Part shown: positions 38,467-48,159 of the stretch, in pieces
Layout of the letters: each line of letters begins with the position of its first letter
Numbering within the stretch: the stretch's first letter is position 1
Assembly (NCBI GenBank): GCA_031285625.1
Contig: JAITVV010000080.1
Span: forward strand, 1 to 64,000
Length of the DNA stretch: 64,000 bases
DNA from: Prevotella sp.
GTDB taxonomy: Bacteria; Bacteroidota; Bacteroidia; Bacteroidales; Dysgonomonadaceae
Direction: 5' to 3'
Notes under the pieces: model-generated
Seen by the model: only the letters and a program-made list of their open reading frames with translations
What the model was told of the DNA's origin: nothing
Databases searched by the model: none
Made by a program: the position numbers and the translations under genes

Positions 38467-38485
38467 AAACTATATTTATTTTTGT

Positions 38486-39652
38486 TTATTCTTCTAGACC
38501 TAATGTTTTCAAGCTAAGCTCTATTTCTTTCGCATCTCCTGTATGTTTGCCGGCAACATCGGATAGTTTTACAGCTTTCAGGAAAGTAGTATCCTTCTTA
38601 TGTAGTTTAACATCTGTGAGTTTAATAACTATATTTAGCGCTTTTACACCTACATCATTTGAAAAAAAAGTGCCAATGCCATATGTATCGTGCATACGTC
38701 CGTTCACATGATCCTTTATTTGTTTAACAGTTTCCAGATTTAAAGAATCACTGAAAACCAGTGTCTTTGAAGTAGGATCAATGCGATTCTGCTCATAGAA
38801 TTTGATGGCTTTATCGGCAAAACAAAGAGGGTCTCCACTATCGTGGCGTACTCCATCAAACAGCTTAGCTTGTTTCAAGCTGAATGAGTTGAAAAACGAA
38901 TCGGTAGTATACGTATCTGTGAGGGCAATACCCAGACTGCCATCATAAACATCTACCCACGCTTCCAGCCCTTTGATATTTGCAGACCGGTAACCAAATA
39001 GCGCACCATGGAACATAAACCATTCATGCGGCATTGTGCCGATTGGTGTTGTATTGTATTTCATCGCAAGATATACGTTACTGGTTCCTTTGAAGCACTC
39101 TCCTGAATTAGCCTGTAATGCACCTACTACTTTATCCTGAACATCAAAAGAAAAACGACGACGGGTTCCGAATTCTGAATAGTCGGCACCTATCTCTTTC
39201 AGCGCTTTGGCTTTTATAATTGCTTTTTCTTCAATATCTTTTGGCTCTGCTCCTGTCATCTGAAAGTAGAGTTCAGATATAATTGCCATCAACGGAACTT
39301 CCCATAACACTGTACGATACCAATAACCCTCCATAACAACACTAAGGTTTCCACCTTCCTGTGTAATGGTAACTTCCTCCGGCTTGTACCTGAACCCTTC
39401 CAGAAAATCTACAAAAACGGGATCGAAGAAATAACATTTATTTTTTATAAATTTCTTTTCTTCGGCAGTTAATTGCAGATTGGCCATTGATGCGACTTCT
39501 TCACGCATCCTCTCGGCAAATCCCTCAGGGAATTGTGTTCCACCCCGATTGGTAAAAGCGTATTTTACGTATGACCATGGATACAGTTTTTGTATGGCCA
39601 ACATTACAGAGAATTTGTATAAATCGTTATCAGTAAAATGTTTTATAATCAT
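38486..39652 (-). CDS. pncB: Nicotinate phosphoribosyltransferase (copy 2)
   Basis: Same motifs as copy 1; ungapped alignment with about 58 differences in 387 aa by manual count (~85% identity). Confidence 0.95.
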   Translation of the reverse strand: MIIKHFTDNDLYKFSVMLAIQKLYPWSYVKYAFTNRGGTQFPEGFAERMREEVASMANLQLTAEEKKFIKNKCYFFDPVFVDFLEGFRYKPEEVTITQEGGNLSVVMEGYWYRTVLWEVPLMAIISELYFQMTGAEPKDIEEKAIIKAKALKEIGADYSEFGTRRRFSFDVQDKVVGALQANSGECFKGTSNVYLAMKYNTTPIGTMPHEWFMFHGALFGYRSANIKGLEAWVDVYDGSLGIALTDTYTTDSFFNSFSLKQAKLFDGVRHDSGDPLCFADKAIKFYEQNRIDPTSKTLVFSDSLNLETVKQIKDHVNGRMHDTYGIGTFFSNDVGVKALNIVIKLTDVKLHKKDTTFLKAVKLSDVAGKHTGDAKEIELSLKTLGLEE

Positions 39653-39766
39653 AATCTGGTTTAGTGTTATTGTTTGATTGACAAATATAACTTTTTATAT
39701 AACAAATAAGAGAAGCCGATGTTGAGAAAAATTAACACCGGCTTTATTTTTTATCTTGTAATTATT

Positions 39767-41011
39767 CTAATCCAACTTGTGAATAACCAGTCCTGAACGT
39801 AGTTTGGGCTCAAACCAAGTGGTTTTGGGTGGCATAATATTTCCGGAATCGGCAATGTCCATCAATTGCTTCATCGTGACGGGATATAGCGCTATTGCCA
39901 GCTTCATTTCCCCACTATCTACCCGTTTTTTTAATTCACCTAATCCTCTGATTCCACCTACAAAATCGATTCGTTTATCAGAACGTAGATCTTTTATACC
40001 TAATATTTCATCTAGTATGTATTTTGAAGAAATAGTTACGTCTAAGACCCCGATAGGATCATTGTCGTCATAAGTCCCGGCTTTTGCTGTAAGGCTGTAA
40101 CACTTTCCATCCAGATAGATTGAAAAATTGTGTAATCCTGAGGGAGGTGTAATTTCAGAACCTTTTTCTTCAACTATAAAGTAATTGTCTAATTTTTTTA
40201 TAAATTCAGTTGTGCTCAATCCATTCAGGTCTTTCACCAAACGATTATAATCTATAATATTCAGTTGATTATCGGGAAAGCATACTGCCATAAAGTAGTT
40301 ATACTCTTCATCTCCTTTATGATCCGGGTTCTGCTTTGCCTTTTCGGCTCCTACCAGTGCAGCTGCTGCAGAGCGATGATGCCCGTCAGCAATATACAGA
40401 TTAGGTATTGATGCAAACAGGTCAGTTATCCTTTTAATATCTTCTTTCTCCCTTATGACCCAAAAGTGGTGACCGACACCATCAATTGACGTAAAGTCAT
40501 ATTCTGCAGGTAAGGATATTACTTTTTTTATTATTTTATCCAATTCCTTATTGTCAGGGTATGCAAAGAATACAGGTTCTATATTGGCATTATTTATACG
40601 TACATGTTTCATGCGGTCCTCTTCTTTATCTCTGCGTGTAAGTTCATGTTTTTTTATCTTCCCGTTCATATAATCATCAACATGGGAGCATACAACGAGG
40701 CCATATTGTGTTTTTCCATTCATTGTTTGTGCATATACATAGTAGTACTCTTCCGCATCTTGTACCAACCAACCCATTTCCTGAAACTTGTTGAAATTAT
40801 CTACAGCACGATTATATACATCCGGATGGTGTTCATCAATCATTTCCTCGAAGTCTATTTCAGGCTTTATTATTCTATACAGGGACTTTTCATTTCCTTC
40901 TGCCTCCAGTCTGGCTTCCAGAGAACTTAATACATCATAAGGGCGTGATACAACATCTTTAACAATGCTTTGGGGAGGTCTGATCCCTTTAAATGGTTTT
41001 ATTACAGCCAT
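39767..41011 (-). CDS. DUF1015 family protein (ParB/Srx-like motif)
   Basis: PYDV, IKKHELTR, YIADGHHRSAAA, MPPKTTWFEPKLRSGL. Confidence 0.88.
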   Translation of the reverse strand: MAVIKPFKGIRPPQSIVKDVVSRPYDVLSSLEARLEAEGNEKSLYRIIKPEIDFEEMIDEHHPDVYNRAVDNFNKFQEMGWLVQDAEEYYYVYAQTMNGKTQYGLVVCSHVDDYMNGKIKKHELTRRDKEEDRMKHVRINNANIEPVFFAYPDNKELDKIIKKVISLPAEYDFTSIDGVGHHFWVIREKEDIKRITDLFASIPNLYIADGHHRSAAAALVGAEKAKQNPDHKGDEEYNYFMAVCFPDNQLNIIDYNRLVKDLNGLSTTEFIKKLDNYFIVEEKGSEITPPSGLHNFSIYLDGKCYSLTAKAGTYDDNDPIGVLDVTISSKYILDEILGIKDLRSDKRIDFVGGIRGLGELKKRVDSGEMKLAIALYPVTMKQLMDIADSGNIMPPKTTWFEPKLRSGLVIHKLD

Positions 41012-41291
41012 AATATTTTTAAGGTTTTAGTTATAAGGTTAATATTTTTACTCAGAAATTTTAAATCTTTAAACTAACTTTTTGCTATATGCAAATATAT
41101 AAAAACAATGAAAATAAGAGCATTTGTATATGAAAAAATATAATAAGCGATATTATGAAATCAATTTGATAAAATGCTGGAAATAAAGTTAATATTTTTT
41201 TTCTTAAGCCTCTTAGTTTTAATATATAATTACTAATTTTGGAACTCTAAAAGTATAAGAACAATTCATAATTCCCTAATTTATATAAAAA

Positions 41292-42365
41292 ATGAAGAAA
41301 TATAATTTTAGTGCAGGACCATCAATTCTTCCTCAACAAACTATTGAGGAGACAGCTAAGGCTATTCTGGATTTTAATGGTTCATCTTTTTCATTGATGG
41401 AAGTAAGCCATAGAGGTAAAGACTTTCAGGCAGTAATGGACGAAACTATAGAATTATTTAAGGAGTTACTGGATATTCCTTCCGGTTATTCGGTAGTATT
41501 TCTTGGGGGGGGGGCCAGTCTGCAATTTTGTATGGTTCCATTTAACCTGCTAGAAAAGAAAGCTGCTTATTTAAATACGGGAACTTGGGCAAGTAAAGCA
41601 CTAAAAGAGGCTAAGCTATTTGGCGAAGTTGTAGAAGTTGCATCTTCTAAGGCTGCTAATTTTACTTATATTCCTAAAGATTATACTATCCCAACTGATG
41701 CGGACTATTTCCATATCACAACTAATAATACAATCTTCGGAACAGAATTACATACCGATTTGGATTCTCCGGTTCCATTAGTAGCTGACATGTCTTCAGA
41801 TATTTTCTCTCGCCCGGTGGATATCTCAAAATATGCATTGATATATGGTGGCGCGCAAAAGAATCTTGCACCTGCCGGATTAACATTTGTGATTGTGAAA
41901 GATGAGGTATTAGGTAAAGTAAATCGTCCGATACCTACTATGCTTGACTATCGTACACACATCGAGAATGGTTCGATGTTTAATACCCCTCCTGTAGTAC
42001 CTGTTTATGCGGCTATGCAGACTCTTAGATGGCTCAAAGCTAATGGTGGAGTTGAAGCTATGTACAAACGCAATAAGGAAAAAGCAGCATTGTTATATAA
42101 TGAAATAGATCGTAACCCTGTCTTTAAGGGAACTTGCCAGGTAGAAGATCGATCATTGATGAATGTATGCTTTGTCTTATCTTCGGAATATGAGGGTAAT
42201 GAGGCTGCATTCCTTGATTTTGCTAAGGAAAGAGGATTATATGAACTGAAGGGACACCGTTCTGTAGGAGGTTTCCGTGCTTCTATTTACAATGCGATGC
42301 CTATCGAGGGTGTACAGGTTTTAGTTGATACAATGAAAGAATTTGAAAAGAAAATTGCTAAATAA
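41292..42365 (+). CDS. serC: Phosphoserine aminotransferase
   Basis: [49 protein letters not shown]. Confidence 0.97.
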   Translation: MKKYNFSAGPSILPQQTIEETAKAILDFNGSSFSLMEVSHRGKDFQAVMDETIELFKELLDIPSGYSVVFLGGGASLQFCMVPFNLLEKKAAYLNTGTWASKALKEAKLFGEVVEVASSKAANFTYIPKDYTIPTDADYFHITTNNTIFGTELHTDLDSPVPLVADMSSDIFSRPVDISKYALIYGGAQKNLAPAGLTFVIVKDEVLGKVNRPIPTMLDYRTHIENGSMFNTPPVVPVYAAMQTLRWLKANGGVEAMYKRNKEKAALLYNEIDRNPVFKGTCQVEDRSLMNVCFVLSSEYEGNEAAFLDFAKERGLYELKGHRSVGGFRASIYNAMPIEGVQVLVDTMKEFEKKIAK

Positions 42366-43289
42366 ATGAAAGTACTTATAGCAACAGACAAGCCATTTGC
42401 AGCCGAAGCAGTAAATGGTATAAGAAATGTAATTGAACAAGCAGGTTATGAACTTGTCCTGCTCGAAAAATATACAGAAAAGAAACAGCTGCTAGATGCT
42501 GTGGTAGATGTTGAAGCAGCTATAATTCGTAGTGATATTTTTGATAAAGAAGTATTGGATGCCGGTAAGAACCTGAAAATTGTAGTTCGTGCCGGTGCCG
42601 GATTTGATAATATAGACCTTGAAGCTGCTACAGCAAACAATATCTGTGTGATGAATACTCCGGGGCAAAATGCCAATGCAGTAGCAGAACTGGCTCTTGG
42701 AATGGCTGTATTTGCTGTGCGTAACTTTTATAACGGAACATCCGGTACTGAACTTTTTGGAAAGAAGCTTGGTATCCATGCATATGGTAATGTAGGGCGC
42801 AATGTTGCCCGTATTGCTAAAGGCTTTGGTATGGAAGTATATGCTTTCGATCCATTCCTTACAGCAGAAGCTATAGAAAAAGAAGGAGTAAAAGCAGTAA
42901 ACTCAGCAGAGGAATTATACACAACTTGTCAGGTTGTTTCTTTACATATTCCGGCTACAACTGAAACCAAGAACTCTATAAATTATGCCTTGTTGAGCAG
43001 AATGCCTAAAAATGCATTGCTTATCAATACAGCCCGTAAAGAAGTTATTAACGAGGCTGAAATGGTGAAGTTGATGGAAGAACGCAAGGACTTTAAGTAT
43101 GTAACAGATATTATGCCGGGAAATCATTCGGAAATGAATGAAAAATTTGCCGGACGTTATTTCTCTACTCCAAAGAAGACTGGAGCTCAAACAGCAGAAG
43201 CTAATACAAATGCAGGTATTGCCGCTGCAAACCAGATTGTAGACTTTATTAAGAATGGAAACGAGCGTTTCAGAGTGAATAAGAAGTAA
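42366..43289 (+). CDS. serA: D-3-phosphoglycerate dehydrogenase (short form, no ACT domain)
   Basis: RAGAGFDN, NTPGQNANAVAE, INTAR; abuts serC; ..TPKKTGAQT.. has Lys where the catalytic His usually is. Confidence 0.8.
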   Translation: MKVLIATDKPFAAEAVNGIRNVIEQAGYELVLLEKYTEKKQLLDAVVDVEAAIIRSDIFDKEVLDAGKNLKIVVRAGAGFDNIDLEAATANNICVMNTPGQNANAVAELALGMAVFAVRNFYNGTSGTELFGKKLGIHAYGNVGRNVARIAKGFGMEVYAFDPFLTAEAIEKEGVKAVNSAEELYTTCQVVSLHIPATTETKNSINYALLSRMPKNALLINTARKEVINEAEMVKLMEERKDFKYVTDIMPGNHSEMNEKFAGRYFSTPKKTGAQTAEANTNAGIAAANQIVDFIKNGNERFRVNKK

Positions 43290-43336
43290 ATGCTTTAGAT
43301 ATGAAAAGATTGGCTATCTCATTGAGGTAGCCATTT

Positions 43337-44761
43337 TTATTTTGTATTCTTCTTATTGCCAAATGGAATACTTATTCCCATCTGAAAATTTAGTGCCCTG
43401 CTTGTTGTTGGTAAAAACTCAGATGATATATGAGGTATTGCATAGTCGCTAGCCAGAAAAAAGTGAATGCCTTTAGCCGGAGTCAGATGCAGAGCTACCC
43501 CAAATGTATCAAAATTACTATGCACAATTGAATAACTGGCACTTGTGGATATCCAGGAAGAAGGCCTGTAGTTTAAAGAAACTACAAATTCCGACAGGTT
43601 GAAATAATTACCAAAACGAATAGAGTATAATACCCCTGCTGATAATTTATCTTTCAATATTTCATATTCAGCACCAACATTCATATTGATACGTAGTTTT
43701 GTTACACGTGTTTTTTTAGTTTCTCCCTTCAGATTGATCGCTTTCTTTATATCATCAAATGCATTCTCAAACACATCACTAAGCGATGATCCGCCACTTT
43801 TGAAATGCTCATAATCACTTGGCTTTATGGTGACTTCTGTTTCGGGTGATTGTAGATCAATACTGTTTTTCTTTGTCCATACAATAAATCCAATGTCATT
43901 GATTGCTGCTGATACTTTTAATCCATCTAGGGCTGATAAAGTATTTTTCATATCGTATACTGCTCCAATGTCCAGCCCTAAACCATACCCCGGAATATTA
44001 AACCAACTACCGAAATCAAATCCATCCAGATTGTCCTTCTCATCGTATCTGGCTTGTACGCCTGATGCCGATCCCCTTAATGTCGCTTTAGACTTTGCAG
44101 TCCAGTAATCAGGCCCGGCATCGATGCTCAGGCTTTTTGCATCAAGATTAAAATCAGCAAGGCCACCTAGTAGTTTTGCACGTGCCCCCACAGTTAGATT
44201 ATTATTTATAGAACGGGAGTGCGATACTCCTAATTCGAGAAATGCATAACCTGTTGCGCTCAGATCCGAGAGGTCATATCTGCTTTGACCTTCCTGATCG
44301 AATCCTTTTTTTAATAGTCCAAAAAATGGTTTTGGTATATTGACATCAGCATGTGCTCTTACATTGAGGTCTAGTGACCAGAATCCATTTTCTTTGTAAA
44401 CTCCCAATGCAAAAAGTTTGTAGCTGGCATCTGTATTGATATAATTATCTGTGGACAAATTAGACAAAAACTGATCTGTACCAATGCTTTGGTGCATAAA
44501 GGTGACACGCTTTCCATCTGTTCCCCGGAAAGTAAGATTGTTGAGATTAAGATTATTTGTTTGAAAATTAGCGGCTATATTAGGGAGAACAGGAATGATC
44601 AGGTATCCTTGTTCCGGTTGTAATGCCGGATTCAGACCACTTCTCATATATGAGGTTTTCATGAAATAGTCAGTCTTAATAACTTGTGCCACCCCGGTAT
44701 TTACACATATGAAACAAATAACTGAAATCAGGATAATACGTATATTATTAACGGATTTCAT
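43337..44761 (-). CDS. DUF5723-like outer-membrane beta-barrel protein
   Basis: Signal peptide, LNPA motif, alternating beta strands, GLDIGAVY, INDIGFIVW, C-terminal ISIPF. Confidence 0.65.
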   Translation of the reverse strand: MKSVNNIRIILISVICFICVNTGVAQVIKTDYFMKTSYMRSGLNPALQPEQGYLIIPVLPNIAANFQTNNLNLNNLTFRGTDGKRVTFMHQSIGTDQFLSNLSTDNYINTDASYKLFALGVYKENGFWSLDLNVRAHADVNIPKPFFGLLKKGFDQEGQSRYDLSDLSATGYAFLELGVSHSRSINNNLTVGARAKLLGGLADFNLDAKSLSIDAGPDYWTAKSKATLRGSASGVQARYDEKDNLDGFDFGSWFNIPGYGLGLDIGAVYDMKNTLSALDGLKVSAAINDIGFIVWTKKNSIDLQSPETEVTIKPSDYEHFKSGGSSLSDVFENAFDDIKKAINLKGETKKTRVTKLRINMNVGAEYEILKDKLSAGVLYSIRFGNYFNLSEFVVSLNYRPSSWISTSASYSIVHSNFDTFGVALHLTPAKGIHFFLASDYAIPHISSEFLPTTSRALNFQMGISIPFGNKKNTK

Positions 44762-44771
44762 ATCTATTGCT

Positions 44772-45377
44772 TTACAGTTCGTAATGAAACCCTCCAGTTT
44801 TTATGATGGTATCCCTTATATAGATATAGTCGTTTTCTCCGAGCCATACTGTTCCATCTTCTGAACTCAAAACTATTGTTAATAAGAGGTCTTTGGCTCC
44901 TTCCATATATCTCATATATTCAGAATCTACTTTAATGGAAAGTACCTGATCATTTATTGTTGTTAAAGTCTGTTTGGGAATCTTGACGTTAATATTTCTG
45001 GCATTATCATAGTTGATTATATCGAAATATATATCAATATTAACTCCCTTAATTTCCAGATCAATATCTATCTTAGCGGAGATTTCTACAGTATTAGCTC
45101 CTTCAAAAAAGAAATTTTTTACTGCATTTCCTTCAAAAAGTCCTTTTATCGTATCACTTCTGGTTATCGAAAAATCCGGTATTGGAATACCCCAAGGTGT
45201 TTCTCCCTGAGGAAGCCCATGTATATAAATTGTATCGATGCTGCCTAGCGGAACAGGAGGAATGCTTATAACCCCGTTCTTGTCTATATTATCCCAGTTG
45301 TATTCTTTGTCTACACATGCTTGCATAACAAATACGCATACAGCTATATATATAAGATATTTGATATGATACTTCAT
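44772..45377 (-). CDS. Hypothetical lipoprotein
   Basis: Lipobox MQAC followed by VDKEY; upstream of the beta-barrel gene. Confidence 0.7.
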   Translation of the reverse strand: MKYHIKYLIYIAVCVFVMQACVDKEYNWDNIDKNGVISIPPVPLGSIDTIYIHGLPQGETPWGIPIPDFSITRSDTIKGLFEGNAVKNFFFEGANTVEISAKIDIDLEIKGVNIDIYFDIINYDNARNINVKIPKQTLTTINDQVLSIKVDSEYMRYMEGAKDLLLTIVLSSEDGTVWLGENDYIYIRDTIIKTGGFHYEL

Positions 45378-45447
45378 TGGGAGCGTTTTGTCGTGAATAC
45401 ATAACAAAGTTAAGATATATAACTTGATTTCCTGATAAAAAAGATAA

Positions 45448-47055
45448 TTAACCGGACATATCGTTCCCCATTTTCATTAATTTAACAGGTTTGAACTGTA
45501 AGAAATAAAGGACAATTCCAATTAATAATATAATTCCAAAGATGAGCATCCACCCGGCAATTGTCTTTATACTTACTGTTACGGCTTGTATCTGTATTTT
45601 TTGATAGAGCAGATTTGTTGCTATCTTCTGTGCATCCTCTATACTCCAGCCCTGGGCTAAAGCTGTGTTTACTGAGGATGAAAACTGACTGGAAGCCAAT
45701 TGATTTTGCATATCTACACCTTGTGAGAGGATAAGGCTGTTTTTTTGCTGAAGACGATATAGCCAGTTGGTAAGGATGGAAGCACCTACGGCAGGAGCAA
45801 GGGCAGAACGCGCTCCAATCAGGAAAAAGGCATTGTAGATTAGCTGCTTTGGTGATAATCCGTATATCCCATAAATAGCGAATGCAACAAAGAGTACCAG
45901 CATTCCTACTCCCCGCAGAAACATTAACAAATAAAGGTCCTCATAAAGTCCGCTTGGCATTATCTGAAAATAGAGAAGTGCTATGGAAAGTGTGAAGCAG
46001 GAAAATCCCAGAAATATAAGCCATGTCATACGTATTTCTTTCATAAACCAGTAATAGCAAATAACCCCACCGACTACAAACCCCGGAATTGTATAGAGAT
46101 ACAATTCATTAACATGTGCACTATCCAGACGCAGAACATTTGTTGTGTATGAAGATACCAGTATGCTGAATGATGTATAAAACATCAGAACAAAGGATAG
46201 TATATAGACTGTCACAGAATTTCTGTTTTTTAAAACACTCAGATCAAGAAATGGTTTGTCTGAGAATTGCCTGCGTATAAAAAGCCATCCTGTAACAGGA
46301 ATTAGAACAGTCGCTATAATGATACTATTTGAGGCAAACCAGTCTTTTGTCTTCCCGTATGTTGCCACATATATAATTGCCATAAAACAGACAGAAATAA
46401 GGAAAAAACTTATCCAGTCTATATCTTTTATGGGAATACGCACCAAGCGCCTGGCAAACGACATACATAGAACAACAGCTATGATTGCTACCAACAGCAT
46501 CAATATCATAAAGTAATACATATATTGCCAATTATATATGTAAGCTAGTTCGGCAGTTATGACTAATGATAATTGACCACAGGTGAGGGTTATAGGATAG
46601 AATTTTGCATAAAACTCATTACGTGTTCCGCTGGGACTTAAAGCAGGCATTAAGATGTTGATTGTCTCAATCATCGAAAAGGCTTTGAAATAGCCGATAA
46701 AGAAACTACAGATTATGATAACTTCTATATAGTTTGTTTCAGCACAAATAAGGCTGAGTAAAACCTGAAAAAGAAGGACTATCAGTATGATCGTTTTAGC
46801 AGTCGCTATTGGTTTTATTTTGGGTATGACCAGATGTGCAACGGCCATACCTGCCGAAGAGGCATAATAGGCCATATTTATATCTTCAGATAAAACCCCC
46901 AGATAACCGGAAATGTCAATATTGCTTCCTGTATAAGCTCCATTAACCAGCAAAATAGGTATAAGTATGAGCAAAGCTACCACAACCTTCAGCCAATTGG
47001 GTACCCAACTTCTAAAAGGACTTATTGTTGTGGTTCGTATAACAGGTATGATCAT
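45448..47055 (-). CDS. MFS efflux permease (EmrB-like)
   Basis: About 14 hydrophobic segments; located in a HlyD-TolC operon. Confidence 0.85.
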   Translation of the reverse strand: MIIPVIRTTTISPFRSWVPNWLKVVVALLILIPILLVNGAYTGSNIDISGYLGVLSEDINMAYYASSAGMAVAHLVIPKIKPIATAKTIILIVLLFQVLLSLICAETNYIEVIIICSFFIGYFKAFSMIETINILMPALSPSGTRNEFYAKFYPITLTCGQLSLVITAELAYIYNWQYMYYFMILMLLVAIIAVVLCMSFARRLVRIPIKDIDWISFFLISVCFMAIIYVATYGKTKDWFASNSIIIATVLIPVTGWLFIRRQFSDKPFLDLSVLKNRNSVTVYILSFVLMFYTSFSILVSSYTTNVLRLDSAHVNELYLYTIPGFVVGGVICYYWFMKEIRMTWLIFLGFSCFTLSIALLYFQIMPSGLYEDLYLLMFLRGVGMLVLFVAFAIYGIYGLSPKQLIYNAFFLIGARSALAPAVGASILTNWLYRLQQKNSLILSQGVDMQNQLASSQFSSSVNTALAQGWSIEDAQKIATNLLYQKIQIQAVTVSIKTIAGWMLIFGIILLIGIVLYFLQFKPVKLMKMGNDMSG

Positions 47056-47062
47056 TTTCTTA

Positions 47063-48157
47063 TTACTTTATAGCTTCGGTAACAACCATCATTCCGGCAC
47101 GTAATTTTTTCATATCTTCATTTGATATGTTTTCGAATTCAATACGTACGGGGATACGTTGTTGGATTTTCACAAAGTTTCCTGCCGAATTATCGGTCGG
47201 TAACATCGAATATTTTGCTCCGGTTGCTTCAGATATAGCAGTAACCCTTCCTTTAAATGTTTTATCATTGATAGCATCAACACGTATTTGTATTTCTTGT
47301 CCGATATAGATATTCTCAATCTGTTTTTCCCTGTAGTTGGCTATTATCCATTTGTTGTCATTTTTTATCAGATTTGTAATAGTTTGCCCTGCCTGAACCA
47401 GTTGTCCTGCTTCGAGTGTCCGCCGCCCTACATAGCCACTATAAGGGGCAATTATAATCGTATATGACAGGTTTAGTTTCGCCATAGCCAAATCAGCCTT
47501 ACGGCGGAGAATAGTTGCTTCTGCATTACCTTGCCTTTTCGACGTTTCGGTGGAAGTTGATTTTAAGGCTTCCTTTTGCTTCATCAGTGCATTGTAGTGT
47601 GCATTTTGTGCATCATAGTCACTTTTTATCTGATCGTATTGCTGTTGGGAAACAGATTCTGCATCCAATAGGTTTTTATATCTTTTCAGGTCTTGTTCCG
47701 ATCTCCATAGACGTGCTTTCGCTTCTTCAATATTAGCGTCAGATACTGCTACATTTGTTGATGTTGTGATTATGCTGGAAGATAAAACAGATGATGTATT
47801 TCTAGCATCCATCAATGCTGCTTCTGCATCCATTTCTTTTATTTTAAATTCCCTGTCATCGATTATAAGTAAGGTATCGCCCTCATTTACCCATTGATGG
47901 TCTGTAAAACGAACTTCTTTGATATAACCCGCAACCCTTGAATTGATTGGAGTTATATATTGCTCTATGGTAGCATCATTGGTTATTTCATATTTATAAT
48001 AACGGATAAAGAAATTAATCCCCCATGCTATACCACCTAATGCAAGAAGGATACTGATCGTATTAAGTATAATATTACGGGTACGCTTTTTCTTAAGCTT
48101 ATGATAGGCTTCCTTTTCTTCTTGTTTATCTTTTAGTGCTGATTTATCTGTATCCAT
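47063..48157 (-). CDS. HlyD/EmrA membrane fusion protein
   Basis: N-terminal TM, TNDA, coiled coil, IIAPYSG, DNSAGNFVKIQQRIPVRI. Confidence 0.92.
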   Translation of the reverse strand: MDTDKSALKDKQEEKEAYHKLKKKRTRNIILNTISILLALGGIAWGINFFIRYYKYEITNDATIEQYITPINSRVAGYIKEVRFTDHQWVNEGDTLLIIDDREFKIKEMDAEAALMDARNTSSVLSSSIITTSTNVAVSDANIEEAKARLWRSEQDLKRYKNLLDAESVSQQQYDQIKSDYDAQNAHYNALMKQKEALKSTSTETSKRQGNAEATILRRKADLAMAKLNLSYTIIIAPYSGYVGRRTLEAGQLVQAGQTITNLIKNDNKWIIANYREKQIENIYIGQEIQIRVDAINDKTFKGRVTAISEATGAKYSMLPTDNSAGNFVKIQQRIPVRIEFENISNEDMKKLRAGMMVVTEAIK

Positions 48158-48159
48158 AA

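Noticed and set aside
156-39652. pncB copies as an active recombinational inversion switch
   Set aside because: The copies are too diverged (many synonymous changes, only short identical runs) and no recombinase is in the window; kept only as a possible ancient event
41506-41514. G homopolymer in serC as a phase-variation tract
   Set aside because: In frame and encodes the conserved GGGA motif of a housekeeping enzyme
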